A DNA stretch of 40,507 nucleotides from Actinomycetota bacterium (GTDB lineage Bacteria > Actinomycetota > Acidimicrobiia > IMCC26256 > VFJJ01): assembly GCA_009886115.1 (NCBI GenBank), contig VFJJ01000080.1, forward strand, positions 1 through 40,507, given 5' to 3'. Position 1 is the first letter of the stretch; each line of letters begins with the position of its first letter. Below, piece after piece: positions 1 to 8,421 of this stretch. The position numbers were made by a program, and so were the translations under genes. The notes beneath the pieces were generated by a model that saw only the letters and a program-made list of their open reading frames with translations, did no database searches and was not told the DNA's origin.

Positions 1-165
1 ATGGCCACCAGGTTCTTGTAGGGCTGCGCCCGAAGCCATCGCACGACGGGGATGGGATCAGATCGACGACCTCGGCGTCGAATCCGGGGCCGATCACGAC
101 GAAGCGCACAGCGATGTGCACGGCCGGGATCGCGGGCTCGTTCGACTTCTCCGTCTCGCGCCGGC

Positions 166-324
166 TCAAGGTCGCCGGCCACCGGCCGGATCTCGATGCC
201 GGCGGGGAGCGGGACGTTCCTCGGCGGTGGCACCACCAGGCGCCAGCGCGGGGTGATCGCGAACGCGCAGATCGCGCGTGAACACGACGACGGCAGCGGC
301 GGCGCGAGGACCGCTCTGGGCCAA
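166..324 (-). pseudogene. DNA photolyase/cryptochrome remnant (N-terminal motif only)
   Basis: Manual translation gives (TTG)AQSGPRAAAAVVVFTRDLRVRDHPALA, matching the photolyase N-terminal xFxRDLRxxDxPAL motif. The frame stops at 168-166. A second frame continues WRLVVPPPRNVPLPAGIE, which is linker-like. Confidence 0.55.
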
Positions 325-371
325 GCCCCGGCGTTGGCACCCACCGGGCGACCACTACAAGACTCGGCCCG

Positions 372-1553
372 ATGAACCGACCGCTCGAGGGCATTCGCGT
401 GCTCGATCTCAGTCGGGTGCTGGCCGGCCCGATCGCCGGCCGGATCCTGGCCGACCTCGGCGCCGACGTGATCAAGATCGAGCCGCCCGAGCTCGACATC
501 GCCCGCACGGTCATGCCCCAACCGCACGGCCAGTCGGCCTTCGCCAGCCATCTCAACGCCGGCAAGCGCGCGATGGTCGTCGACCTCCTCCGACCCGGAG
601 CGGCCGAGCTGGTCGGCCGTCTCGCCGAGCGCTGCGACGTGTTCCTCGAGAACTTCCGGCCCGGCGTGCTGGCCCGGTTCGGGCTGGGACCCGCCGATCT
701 CCTGGCTCGCCAGCCCCGGCTCGTCTACTGCTCGGTGAGCGGCTGGGGACACGGCAACTCGTGGTCGTCACGGCGGGCCTACGCGCCGCTGGTGCACGCC
801 CAGGTCGGCACGATCGAGATGGCCGCGCGGCTGCACGGGGGCACGGCCCGCCAGGAGGTGCACGTCCACGGCGATTCCTACGCCGGGATGCTCGCCACCC
901 AGGCCATCCTCACGGCGTTGTTCCAGCGGGAACGGACGGGCGTGGGTCAGCACCTCGACGTGTCGATGGCGGCAGGCCTCGTCTACGCCAACGAGTGGGC
1001 CCCCGTCGAGTGGCAGCGGTATCACGGTGTCCGCCAGTTCGACATCTGGACCCACCCCGTGCTGCGCCTGGGCGACGGAATGCTGGCGACGTTGGTCGGC
1101 AACCCCCGGTCGACGTTCGGGCCCTTCGTCACCGCCCTGGGCGGCGACGCCGCCGCAGCGATCCTCGCCGATCCCCGCTTCTCGAGCCGCGAAGCCATCG
1201 ACGCCCACATCGACGACGCCCTGGCCGTCCTGGGCGAGCTGGTCGCCCGGTGCCCGTCGTTCGCCGCGCTCGAGCGGTCCATCGAGGCAACGCCGATGCT
1301 CGTCGCCGAGGTGCGCTCGGTGACCGACCTTCTCGACACCGACTGGGCCTCCGAGGTGGGCCTGGTGACCGAGATCGAGCCAGGCGTGCCCGTCGCTCGT
1401 GCCCCGTGGCGGTCGAACGGCGCCGAGATCGGGGTTCGGGGCCCCGCGCCGCGGCCCGACGAACACAGCCGAGAGGTCCTCGCCGACGTGCTCGGGATGG
1501 GACCAACGGAGTACGAGGGGCTCGTCGCCGACGGGATCCTCGGCGTTCACTGA
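372..1553 (+). CDS. CaiB/BaiF family III CoA-transferase
   Basis: RVLDLSRVLAGP, LGADVIKIEPP, LNAGKR and ENFRPG motifs; probable catalytic Asp in GDSYAG. Confidence 0.93.
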   Translation: MNRPLEGIRVLDLSRVLAGPIAGRILADLGADVIKIEPPELDIARTVMPQPHGQSAFASHLNAGKRAMVVDLLRPGAAELVGRLAERCDVFLENFRPGVLARFGLGPADLLARQPRLVYCSVSGWGHGNSWSSRRAYAPLVHAQVGTIEMAARLHGGTARQEVHVHGDSYAGMLATQAILTALFQRERTGVGQHLDVSMAAGLVYANEWAPVEWQRYHGVRQFDIWTHPVLRLGDGMLATLVGNPRSTFGPFVTALGGDAAAAILADPRFSSREAIDAHIDDALAVLGELVARCPSFAALERSIEATPMLVAEVRSVTDLLDTDWASEVGLVTEIEPGVPVARAPWRSNGAEIGVRGPAPRPDEHSREVLADVLGMGPTEYEGLVADGILGVH

Positions 1554-1690
1554 CGGCCGGGGGTGCACGGTCGCTCTCCGAACTCCGCGATCTGTGACAA
1601 CTCTCGTCCGACACAGGTCGTCGAGGTATTTTTCGCTCAAGGTCAGGCAGACGTCAGCGCGCTTCCGCCTTACGCTCCCGACCGATACCT

Positions 1691-3508
1691 ATGAGAAATC
1701 ACTCCGGTCTCCATCGCAACGCCCTCATCGTGGTCCTCGCCGCCACCGTCCTCGGATGGGCGAACAGCCGGCCCGAGGTCTCGGCCGCGTTCGAGGGCAG
1801 TGGCAAACCCACGGCCGACCAGATAGCCCGAGTGCTGTCGACCGAACCGGGAGACGCTCCCGCCGTGAGCGCGTCACCCGCCTTCATCGACCCGCCCTCC
1901 GAAACCCCGGAAACCCCCCCTGAGGCCCCGGCGACCCCGTCCGGGAGCGTCGAGCCCGAGATTCCAGCGACGACAAGGGATCCCGGCGCACGCTCAGCCG
2001 ACGCACCCAGCAACGTGGCCATCGAGATCCCCGAGGTCCCCGAGACTTCCGACTCGAGCCTGACCGACCCGAAGGCCGTCGACCTCACCGGGCTCGACGC
2101 GGATGCCACCGAGCGGTTCGCTCCGATCACCGACTTCGACGCTCGAGCGGCCACCACGGCGCTCCTCACCTCCGACCGGCTCCGCATGGACGGCGCCGTT
2201 CGCGGCGATCTGGCCAGCGGGCGTACGAGCCCCGAGATCGTGCGAATGCTCACGCTCCTCACAAGGAACTTCACCTTGTCACTCGGCGTCTTGTCGACCG
2301 GGCACTCGTTGTGCATCGACGGGACGTCGACCCCTGGTTGCCCGGGATCGTCGATCTCGATGCATCCGTCGGGTCGAGCGGTCGACGTGTTTGCCGTCAA
2401 TGGCGAGCCGGTTTCGACGGGCAGCGGTCACGCCTGGATGCTCGTCGAGTACCTCCTCGGTATGGCCGACGATGTCCGTCCCAACGAGATCGGGCTCCCG
2501 TGGAAAGAGCTCGAGCCCCTGCCCGGCGTCTTCAGCGACGCTCGGCATCAACGGCACCTCCACCTCGGCTTCGACCCGGGGCTGGGCACCACGTCCGACG
2601 GCCGAGCGGTGACCGTACCGGCCTCCATGGCCTGCCTCGCGTCTGACGGCGATGCCCGCCCGACCCCCGACGTCGTCGTCGTCGATGCACGGAGTGGCAT
2701 GTCGTCATTGCGGATCGGGGCCGTGAACCCCGAACGCTGCGGGTCGCTCAGCGGAGCCGCTCCGCGGGCCATCCTGCTGAGCCCCGAATGCCGGGGGGCA
2801 TGGGTGCTCGGGGTCGACGGATCCATCCGCTCCGTCGGCGACGCCGCCCACCACGGCGATCTCACGGGAAGCTCAGGGACGGGCGAGCCCGTCGCGCTGA
2901 TCGGCGTGTTCGGCGGCTACCGGATCGTGTCCGACGACGGCCGCGTCTCGAGCTTCGGCAACGCTGGAGCGCTCGGAGACCTCGGCGGCGTCACGCTGGT
3001 CGCTCCGATCATCGATGCGGCATCGACGCCCACCGGCTCGGGTTACTGGCTGTTGGGTGCCGATGGCGCCGTGTTCAGCTTCGGTGATGCCATCTACCAG
3101 GGTGGCGCCGCGGACATCCTCGCAGCCGCGGCAGGTGGTCAACGAGCCGTGGCCATCGCGTCCACACCGTCCGGCGACGGCTACTGGATCCTGGCGTCTG
3201 ACGGTGGCGTCTTCACCTTCGGCGACGCGCCGATGTGGGGATCGCTGCTGGGCTTGCCCACCCCTGAGCCCGGAACCGAAGGTGCGGGCCACGCACAGAT
3301 CCCCATCGCCTGGCTCCCCGACGAGACGGCCATCGACATCGTGCGCACCCGATCCGGCTACGTGGTCGTCACCTCACGCCGGCGTCTGACGGTGTTCCTC
3401 GCCGGTAACGGTGGGCCCGAGCCGTTCGTCGAGAGCTACCGGATCGACTCCGAAGCGACAGCGGCCGACTCGGTCGGTGCCGCGGCCTGCTCGCCGCTGG
3501 CGATGTGA
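1691..3508 (+). CDS. Secreted protein: signal peptide, Pro/Ser/Thr linker, LAS/M15-like Zn-peptidase domain, C-terminal GYW repeats
   Basis: Hydrophobic N-terminus (ALIVVLAATVLG); H-x6-D (HPSGRAVD) and HxH (HQRHLH); about five repeats such as GYWLLGADGAVFSFGDA and GYWILASDGGVFTFGDA. Confidence 0.75.
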   Translation: MRNHSGLHRNALIVVLAATVLGWANSRPEVSAAFEGSGKPTADQIARVLSTEPGDAPAVSASPAFIDPPSETPETPPEAPATPSGSVEPEIPATTRDPGARSADAPSNVAIEIPEVPETSDSSLTDPKAVDLTGLDADATERFAPITDFDARAATTALLTSDRLRMDGAVRGDLASGRTSPEIVRMLTLLTRNFTLSLGVLSTGHSLCIDGTSTPGCPGSSISMHPSGRAVDVFAVNGEPVSTGSGHAWMLVEYLLGMADDVRPNEIGLPWKELEPLPGVFSDARHQRHLHLGFDPGLGTTSDGRAVTVPASMACLASDGDARPTPDVVVVDARSGMSSLRIGAVNPERCGSLSGAAPRAILLSPECRGAWVLGVDGSIRSVGDAAHHGDLTGSSGTGEPVALIGVFGGYRIVSDDGRVSSFGNAGALGDLGGVTLVAPIIDAASTPTGSGYWLLGADGAVFSFGDAIYQGGAADILAAAAGGQRAVAIASTPSGDGYWILASDGGVFTFGDAPMWGSLLGLPTPEPGTEGAGHAQIPIAWLPDETAIDIVRTRSGYVVVTSRRRLTVFLAGNGGPEPFVESYRIDSEATAADSVGAAACSPLAM

Positions 3509-3549
3509 CACCGGTACAAGCCCTCGGTCGGCTGGGGCTTCCAACTCGG

Positions 3550-4080
3550 AACCTGAGGACCAGCTCGTCGTAATCCTCGAGGGCCACCGAGTTCTCGTGG
3601 TTGAACCGGCCCATCCCGTAGATCGTGCGGTACTGGCCCGAACGCACGTCGTGGGCGACGACGACGCCGGCCTGCTCGGCACCGGGGGTGGCGGGCCACG
3701 CCGTACCGGTGCGGTTGACGAGATCGGTGGCCTCCTCGTTGGTGAACAGGATCGGCCGGGAGAACCCGTGCTCCTCGTCGGCCAGGAAGCTCGAGCACAA
3801 CCGTTGGTAGTTCGCACCACTCGGGATGGCGTAGCTGCCGGCCAGCACCGAGGCGTTCCGACGATCGAGCGTGAGGAGGCTGACCTGCGAGTTGTCGAAG
3901 TCGTTCTGCGAGTTGGTGATGGTGGGAGCGGTCGGAACGTACGGGAAGGGCACCGTGGAGGTCTCGTGGTTGACGAACACCGTCACGCGCCCCCGGCCGT
4001 CACGGCGCAACGCGATGCCGTCGGGGATGGCCTCGAAGCGGTAGCTCCCCCGATACTGCGCCCTTCACCCACCGTGGTAC
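3550..4080 (-). pseudogene. PhoX/DUF839-like alkaline phosphatase internal fragment
   Basis: YRFEAIPDGIA...VFVNHE...RLCSS...FTNEE...MGRFNHENSV motifs. In-frame stop at 4067-4065 just upstream, no signal peptide, and similarity ends about 3550. Confidence 0.65.
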
Positions 4081-4153
4081 AAGGGCCGCCTTCCGGCAGC
4101 GCGCCGCCGGCTCGTCGTTTCGGCTGACGGAGCAGCCAGATTGAAATCCCGAC

Positions 4154-4182
4154 TTGACTACTGGTATTTCACTCCGTATGGT
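4154..4182 (+). promoter_or_regulatory. SigA/sigma70-type promoter
   Basis: TTGACT (4154-4159), 17-nt spacer, TATGGT (4177-4182). An ATG lies 6 nt downstream of the -10 hexamer. Confidence 0.75.
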
Positions 4183-4188
4183 CGCAGC

Positions 4189-4290
4189 ATGCGTTCCGCC
4201 CCCATCTCCAAGCCGCTCACCGAGTGCTGGATGAACGATCCCTGGGGCGAGCTGTCGCGTCTGTGCTTCGACGAGCTCTGTAGGGCCTGA
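4189..4290 (+). CDS. Putative leaderless Cys-containing leader peptide (33 aa)
   Basis: MRSAPISKPLTECWMNDPWGELSRLCFDELCRA*; begins at the predicted +1 of the promoter and lies directly upstream of cysH. Confidence 0.6.
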   Translation: MRSAPISKPLTECWMNDPWGELSRLCFDELCRA

Positions 4291-4407
4291 CGAGGGTCCC
4301 CATCAGCTGATCTCCCGGTTGGTCGGGATGGTGTGGCTGATCCGATTGTTGCTGCACCGCCTCGTCTGTGAGTCGCGTTCTGAACGCGCCCGAGCACTGG
4401 TCCCGTC

Positions 4408-5091
4408 ATGCGCACCACTCCCGCCGTCTCGTCGTGTGAGCTCTCCGACACCGACCTGGCCGAGCTGTCTGATCGCTTCGAAGACGCCTCCGCGCTCACC
4501 ATCGTCGAATGGGCCGTGGCGACGTTCGGCGACCGCATCGCCGTCACCGCATCGATGGCCGACTCCGTGCTCGTGCACCTGGTCAGCACCATCGCCCCCG
4601 GGATCGACGTGGTCTTCGCCGACACCGGATACCACTTCCCCGAGACGCTTTCGACGGCAGCCGCGGTTCGGCGCCGGTACCCCATCGAGCTGAAGGTCGT
4701 CTCGTCGGTGCTGCCCCTGGACGACCTGTGGCGGACCGACCCCGACGCCTGCTGTGCCCGCCGCAAGACCGGGCCGATCAACGACGCGCTGCTCGGCTAC
4801 GACGCCTGGCTCTCGGGCCTGCGCCGAGACGAGGCCCACACCCGAGCCACCACGCCGATCGTCAGCCGGGGCCGTCAGGACCGGATCAAGGTGTATCCGT
4901 TGGCCCGCTGGACCGACGCCGACGTCGCCGAGTACGTGGCGCGCCACGACGTGATCGTGAACCCCTTGTTCGCGTTGGGATATCCGTCGATCGGATGTTG
5001 GCCCTGCACCCGGACCACCGACACCGGCGAACACTCGCGGGCGGGGCGCTGGGCCGGCTTGGCCAAGACCGAGTGCGGGCTGCATCTCTGA
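4408..5091 (+). CDS. cysH: Adenylyl/phosphoadenylyl-sulfate reductase (4Fe-4S, APS-reductase type)
   Basis: DTGYHFPET, CCARRK, SGLRRDE, GYPSIGCWPCT, RAGRW and C-terminal ECGLH. Confidence 0.93.
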   Translation: MRTTPAVSSCELSDTDLAELSDRFEDASALTIVEWAVATFGDRIAVTASMADSVLVHLVSTIAPGIDVVFADTGYHFPETLSTAAAVRRRYPIELKVVSSVLPLDDLWRTDPDACCARRKTGPINDALLGYDAWLSGLRRDEAHTRATTPIVSRGRQDRIKVYPLARWTDADVAEYVARHDVIVNPLFALGYPSIGCWPCTRTTDTGEHSRAGRWAGLAKTECGLHL

Positions 5092-5150
5092 TGCCGCCTC
5101 GAAGCGACTTCGTCGCCTCGGCGGCAAATTCGGGACCTCGCTGCGCTCGG
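5092..5150. repeat. Intergenic REP-like hairpins
   Basis: TGCCGCC...GGCGGCA stem enclosing GCGAC-TTC-GTCGC, followed by CCTCGCTGCGCTCGG. Confidence 0.35.
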
Positions 5151-5214
5151 CGAACGGCAACCCCCTGATCGCACGTGGCCAGCTCACCTCTCCTTGGGAA
5201 CTGCTGAGAATCGC

Positions 5215-5796
5215 ATGGTGACTTTGTCTTCGTATCCGGTGAACTTGTTGCTCGACGGTCGACGCGTGCTCGTCGTCGGGGGCGGGCCGGTCGCGGCCCG
5301 CAAGGTCGACGGCCTGGTCGAGGTCGGGGCCGCCGTGACCGTGGTCGCACCTCACGCCGTGGCCGAGATCACCACGCGTTCGCACGTGCATCACGAGGCC
5401 CGACGGTACCGTCGCGGCGAGGTGGCCGGGTACCGGCTCGTGATCGCCGCCACCGACGATCCAGCCGTCAACCAGGCCGTATTCGACGACGGCGAGGCCG
5501 CCGGGATCTGGGTCAACGTGGCCGACGAGCCCGAGCGCTGCTCGTTCATCCTCCCAGCCGTGGTACGCCGGGGGCCCGTCCAACTCACGGCTTCGACGGG
5601 GGGGACGAGCCCGGCGCTGTCGGGCTGGCTCCGTGATCGGCTCGATGCCTCGTTCGGCCCCGAGCTCGAAGCGGTCGCAACCGTCATCGGGGCCGAGCGG
5701 GCAGCGCTGAAGGCCGCGGGGCAGCGCAGCGACAGCGTCTACTGGCGCGCTCGGATCGAGGAGCTGTTCGCCGAGCTCGAAGCCGCTCACGCATGA
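5215..5796 (+). CDS. Precorrin-2 dehydrogenase/sirohydrochlorin ferrochelatase (CysG N-terminal, SirC/Met8-like)
   Basis: YPVNLLLDGRRVLVVGGGPVAARK, LVIAATDD, VNVADEPERCSFILPA, STGGTSPAL. Start placed at ATG 5215. Confidence 0.9.
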   Translation: MVTLSSYPVNLLLDGRRVLVVGGGPVAARKVDGLVEVGAAVTVVAPHAVAEITTRSHVHHEARRYRRGEVAGYRLVIAATDDPAVNQAVFDDGEAAGIWVNVADEPERCSFILPAVVRRGPVQLTASTGGTSPALSGWLRDRLDASFGPELEAVATVIGAERAALKAAGQRSDSVYWRARIEELFAELEAAHA

Positions 5797-6551
5797 AGGT
5801 TCCCGTCTACCTCGTGGGCGCCGGGCCGGGCGATCCCGATCTGCTCACGGTCAAGGCGGCCCGGTTGCTGGCGATCGCCGACGTCGTGGTCCACGACAAC
5901 CTCGTCGATCCGGCCGTGCTGGCGCTCATCCCCGATCGCGCCGAGCTCATCGACGTCGGCAAGCGTCCGGGGCGACCCACCCCCCAAGACGTCATCAACG
6001 CGTTGCTCGTGCACCTGGGCTCGGCGGGCGACGGACGGACGATCGTGCGACTCAAGGGCGGCGATCCCTTCGTGTTCGGCCGCGGTGGCGAAGAGGCCCG
6101 GGCCCTCGTGGCCGCCGGGATCGCCGTCGAGATCGTGCCCGGCATCTCGTCGGCGATCGCCGCACCCGCGGCCGCCGGCGTCCCCGTGACCCATCGCGGC
6201 CTGTCGGCTGCGTTCACCGTCGTCACAGGCCATCGGGAGCAGGGCCGCCAGCCCGTCGACTGGGAGGCGCTGGCGAAGGTCGGCGGCACGATCGTGGTGC
6301 TCATGGGCGTCGCTCAGCGTGGCGAGATCGCCCGACGCCTGATCGCCGGCGGGCTGGCCGCTGACACGCCGGTCTGCGCCATCGAGCGCGGGACGTGCGA
6401 CGCTCAGCGTGTGGTGCGCACCGTGCTGGGGTCGTTGGAGCAGACGGCCGTCGTCTCGCCGGCCACGATCGTGATCGGCGCCGTCGCGGCCCATGACGTG
6501 CTCAGCGCGGTGGTCGCCCCTTCGACGAGCGAGCTCTCGACGAGCCTGTAG
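5793..6551 (+). CDS. cobA: Uroporphyrinogen-III C-methyltransferase
   Basis: VYLVGAGPGDPDLLT, VRLKGGDPFVFGRGGEE, VPGISS, GVPVTHRG; ATGA overlap with the upstream gene. Confidence 0.94.
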   Translation: MKVPVYLVGAGPGDPDLLTVKAARLLAIADVVVHDNLVDPAVLALIPDRAELIDVGKRPGRPTPQDVINALLVHLGSAGDGRTIVRLKGGDPFVFGRGGEEARALVAAGIAVEIVPGISSAIAAPAAAGVPVTHRGLSAAFTVVTGHREQGRQPVDWEALAKVGGTIVVLMGVAQRGEIARRLIAGGLAADTPVCAIERGTCDAQRVVRTVLGSLEQTAVVSPATIVIGAVAAHDVLSAVVAPSTSELSTSL

Positions 6552-6571
6552 CGCCCGAGCCGTCGGAGCGT

Positions 6572-6635
6572 CCCGGGAGACCGGGGGAACGCCGCCGGGG
6601 AGCCCCGGGAGACCGCGGGAAGGCGGCCGGGGAGC
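6572..6635. repeat. 32-bp G-rich tandem duplication (2 copies)
   Basis: CCCGGGAGACCGGGGGAACGCCGCCGGGGAGC and CCCGGGAGACCGCGGGAAGGCGGCCGGGGAGC, 29/32 identical by eye. Confidence 0.75.
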
Positions 6636-6640
6636 CGGGC

Positions 6641-6660
6641 AAAGGCCGAAGGTCCCCCGA
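6641..6660. promoter_or_regulatory. DosR/DevR-like binding site
   Basis: The minus strand reads GGGACCTTCGGCC, resembling the GGGAC-N4-GTCCC DosR-box core. It lies upstream of a USP gene. Confidence 0.4.
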
Positions 6661-6759
6661 TCCCTGCCCTCTGACCCCTGGGTCGCGCCCGACGTGGCGG
6701 GTAGAAAAGATGCAGGCCACGAGAGGTCTCACCCGAGTCCTCGATGGGGAGGAACCGCC

Positions 6760-7578
6760 ATGTTCGAGCACGTGATCATCCCGCTCGATCGCACCAGGGA
6801 GTCGGAGCTCGCGCTCGTCGCGGGGCGATGGCTGGCCGAACGCCTCGGAGCGTCCATCGTGTTGGTCAGCGCCGTCGCCGATCCCGACCATGTCGACGCC
6901 AGGGCGGCGCACCTCAGGGACGTGCTGGCCGAGACCACCTGCGTGGGCACCGTGTCGGTGAGCGTCACCCTCGATCCGTCGACGGCGATCCTGTCCGAGT
7001 ACGTGCGCCATCCGGGATCGGTGGTGTGCATGGCCTCGCATGGATCGGGATGGATGTCGGAGGCCGCGTTCGGCAGCGTCACCGGCGATGTCGTGCGGCA
7101 GGTCTCGGGGCCCGTGCTGCTCGTCGGGCCCAACGTCGACCCGGAGCGGACGTCGTGGACGTCACTGGCCGTCTGCCTCGACGGATCGGAGTTCGCCGAG
7201 TCGCTCCTGCCGATCGTCGGACAACTCGTCGACCGGGCCCGGCTCGATCTCGTGCTCGTCGAGGTGATCGAGCCGGCAACGGCGGAAGCGATCCGACACG
7301 CGACCGATGGCGACCTCATCGAGAGTGGCTACCTCGAGCGGATCGGGCACGACCAGGAGCGCCAGGGGCGTTCGACGAACTGGGAGACCCTCCACGGGGC
7401 GCACCCCTCGCGCGTCCTGGTGGCCTATGCCCTCACCGATCCCGGCCCCATTCTCGCGGTGGCGACCCACGGTCGTAGCGGGCTGCGCCAGGTGCTCATG
7501 GGCAGCCTGGCCATGAAGGTCGTGCACGAGAGCCCGTCGCCGGTCCTGGTCGTCCAGGGCCCCCGAGACCTCGACTGA
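6760..7578 (+). CDS. Universal stress protein (tandem USP domains)
   Basis: MFEHVIIPLD...MASHG...FGSVTGDVVR...GPVLLV, then VCLDGS...ATHGRSGL...MGSLAMKVVHESPSPVLVV. GGAGGA SD before ATG 6760. Confidence 0.9.
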   Translation: MFEHVIIPLDRTRESELALVAGRWLAERLGASIVLVSAVADPDHVDARAAHLRDVLAETTCVGTVSVSVTLDPSTAILSEYVRHPGSVVCMASHGSGWMSEAAFGSVTGDVVRQVSGPVLLVGPNVDPERTSWTSLAVCLDGSEFAESLLPIVGQLVDRARLDLVLVEVIEPATAEAIRHATDGDLIESGYLERIGHDQERQGRSTNWETLHGAHPSRVLVAYALTDPGPILAVATHGRSGLRQVLMGSLAMKVVHESPSPVLVVQGPRDLD

Positions 7579-7591
7579 GGATCCACCGACC

Positions 7592-7900
7592 ATGCCCGCA
7601 CGCCACTCACCCGTCGCGTCGTCGCCCCGATCCGGCCGGACGCCGGCCCGTCGACATCGCGACCTGTCGCTCCCCGTCGGTCGGATCGCCGGGATCCCCA
7701 TTCGCCTGCACCGTCGACCACGATGCTCCGGTCCTGCACCCGGCAGAAGCCCTCGACCACGCGGTTGAGGACGAGCTGTGGCCGTCCGGTCATCCGGCGC
7801 TCGCCGTGGTCGATGCCGAAGGCCGGGTCGTCGGGCTGCTCGGTACCGACGACGTCGCCCACGTGGTCGAACGGGCCGGACCCCAGCAGCCACACGGGTC
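7592..7900 (+). pseudogene. Site-2 protease (M50)-CBS gene remnant with a large internal deletion
   Basis: ATG 7592 leads to SLPVGRIAGIPIRLH (typical N-terminus of S2P-CBS proteins). It is joined out of frame at ~7712 to a CBS-like tail, LAVVDAEGRVVGLLGTDDV. The HExxH and TM core is absent. Confidence 0.65.
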
Positions 7901-7914
7901 ACAGACCCCAGGGT

Positions 7915-8379
7915 TCAGACCCGGGCGACCTTGGTCCAGGCGCTGACGGGCTCGGCGCCGGACTGGTACTCGAGCACCTGCACGTCGAACTGGATCGGCA
8001 ACAGGTACCGCACATAGAACGCGTGCACCGTGACCGTGGGACCGACCAGGTCGTCGTAGACCTTCAGGCTCACCCGAGCGTCGCGGGCTTGCCACTCCTG
8101 GCAGCGGGCCAGTATCCGGTCGACCTCGGCGCGGTCGTCCATGAGCAGACCCAGGTGGTCGTAGCCCGGCGACGAGATCGGCTTCTTGCTCTCGGCGCAC
8201 AGGATGAACTGACCCTCGTCGACCCGGAGATACAGGCAGTCCTGGCCGACGACGTTCACGTCGGACGCCTCCCAGCCGAACACGTCGCTGTAGAACGCGC
8301 CGATCTCGTTGCGAAGCGTCCGATCGAGCACACCGACGGGGTAGGTCAACTCCATGTGGTTGAAGCGCATGTTCGCCAT
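7915..8379 (-). CDS. VOC/glyoxalase-like protein
   Basis: FNHMELT...FYSDVFGW...DHLGLLMDD...FDVQ pattern. Confidence 0.7.
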   Translation of the reverse strand: MANMRFNHMELTYPVGVLDRTLRNEIGAFYSDVFGWEASDVNVVGQDCLYLRVDEGQFILCAESKKPISSPGYDHLGLLMDDRAEVDRILARCQEWQARDARVSLKVYDDLVGPTVTVHAFYVRYLLPIQFDVQVLEYQSGAEPVSAWTKVARV

Positions 8380-8421
8380 GGCCGCATGCTCTCACGGCTG
8401 GCCGGCGACCGCCCATCAACC

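Noticed and set aside
1..120. Minus-strand coding-like fragment at the window edge (IPVVRWLRAQPYKNLVA)
   Set aside because: Too short and frame-ambiguous to assign to a family.
1636..1688. Sigma28/WhiG-type promoter (TCAAG...CCGATA) before the secreted peptidase
   Set aside because: The two elements are about 40 nt apart, far from the ~15-nt spacing required.
4290..4408. SAM or other metabolite riboswitch upstream of cysH
   Set aside because: I could not recognise SAM-I/IV core sequences by eye, and the sORF model fits better. An Rfam scan would settle it.
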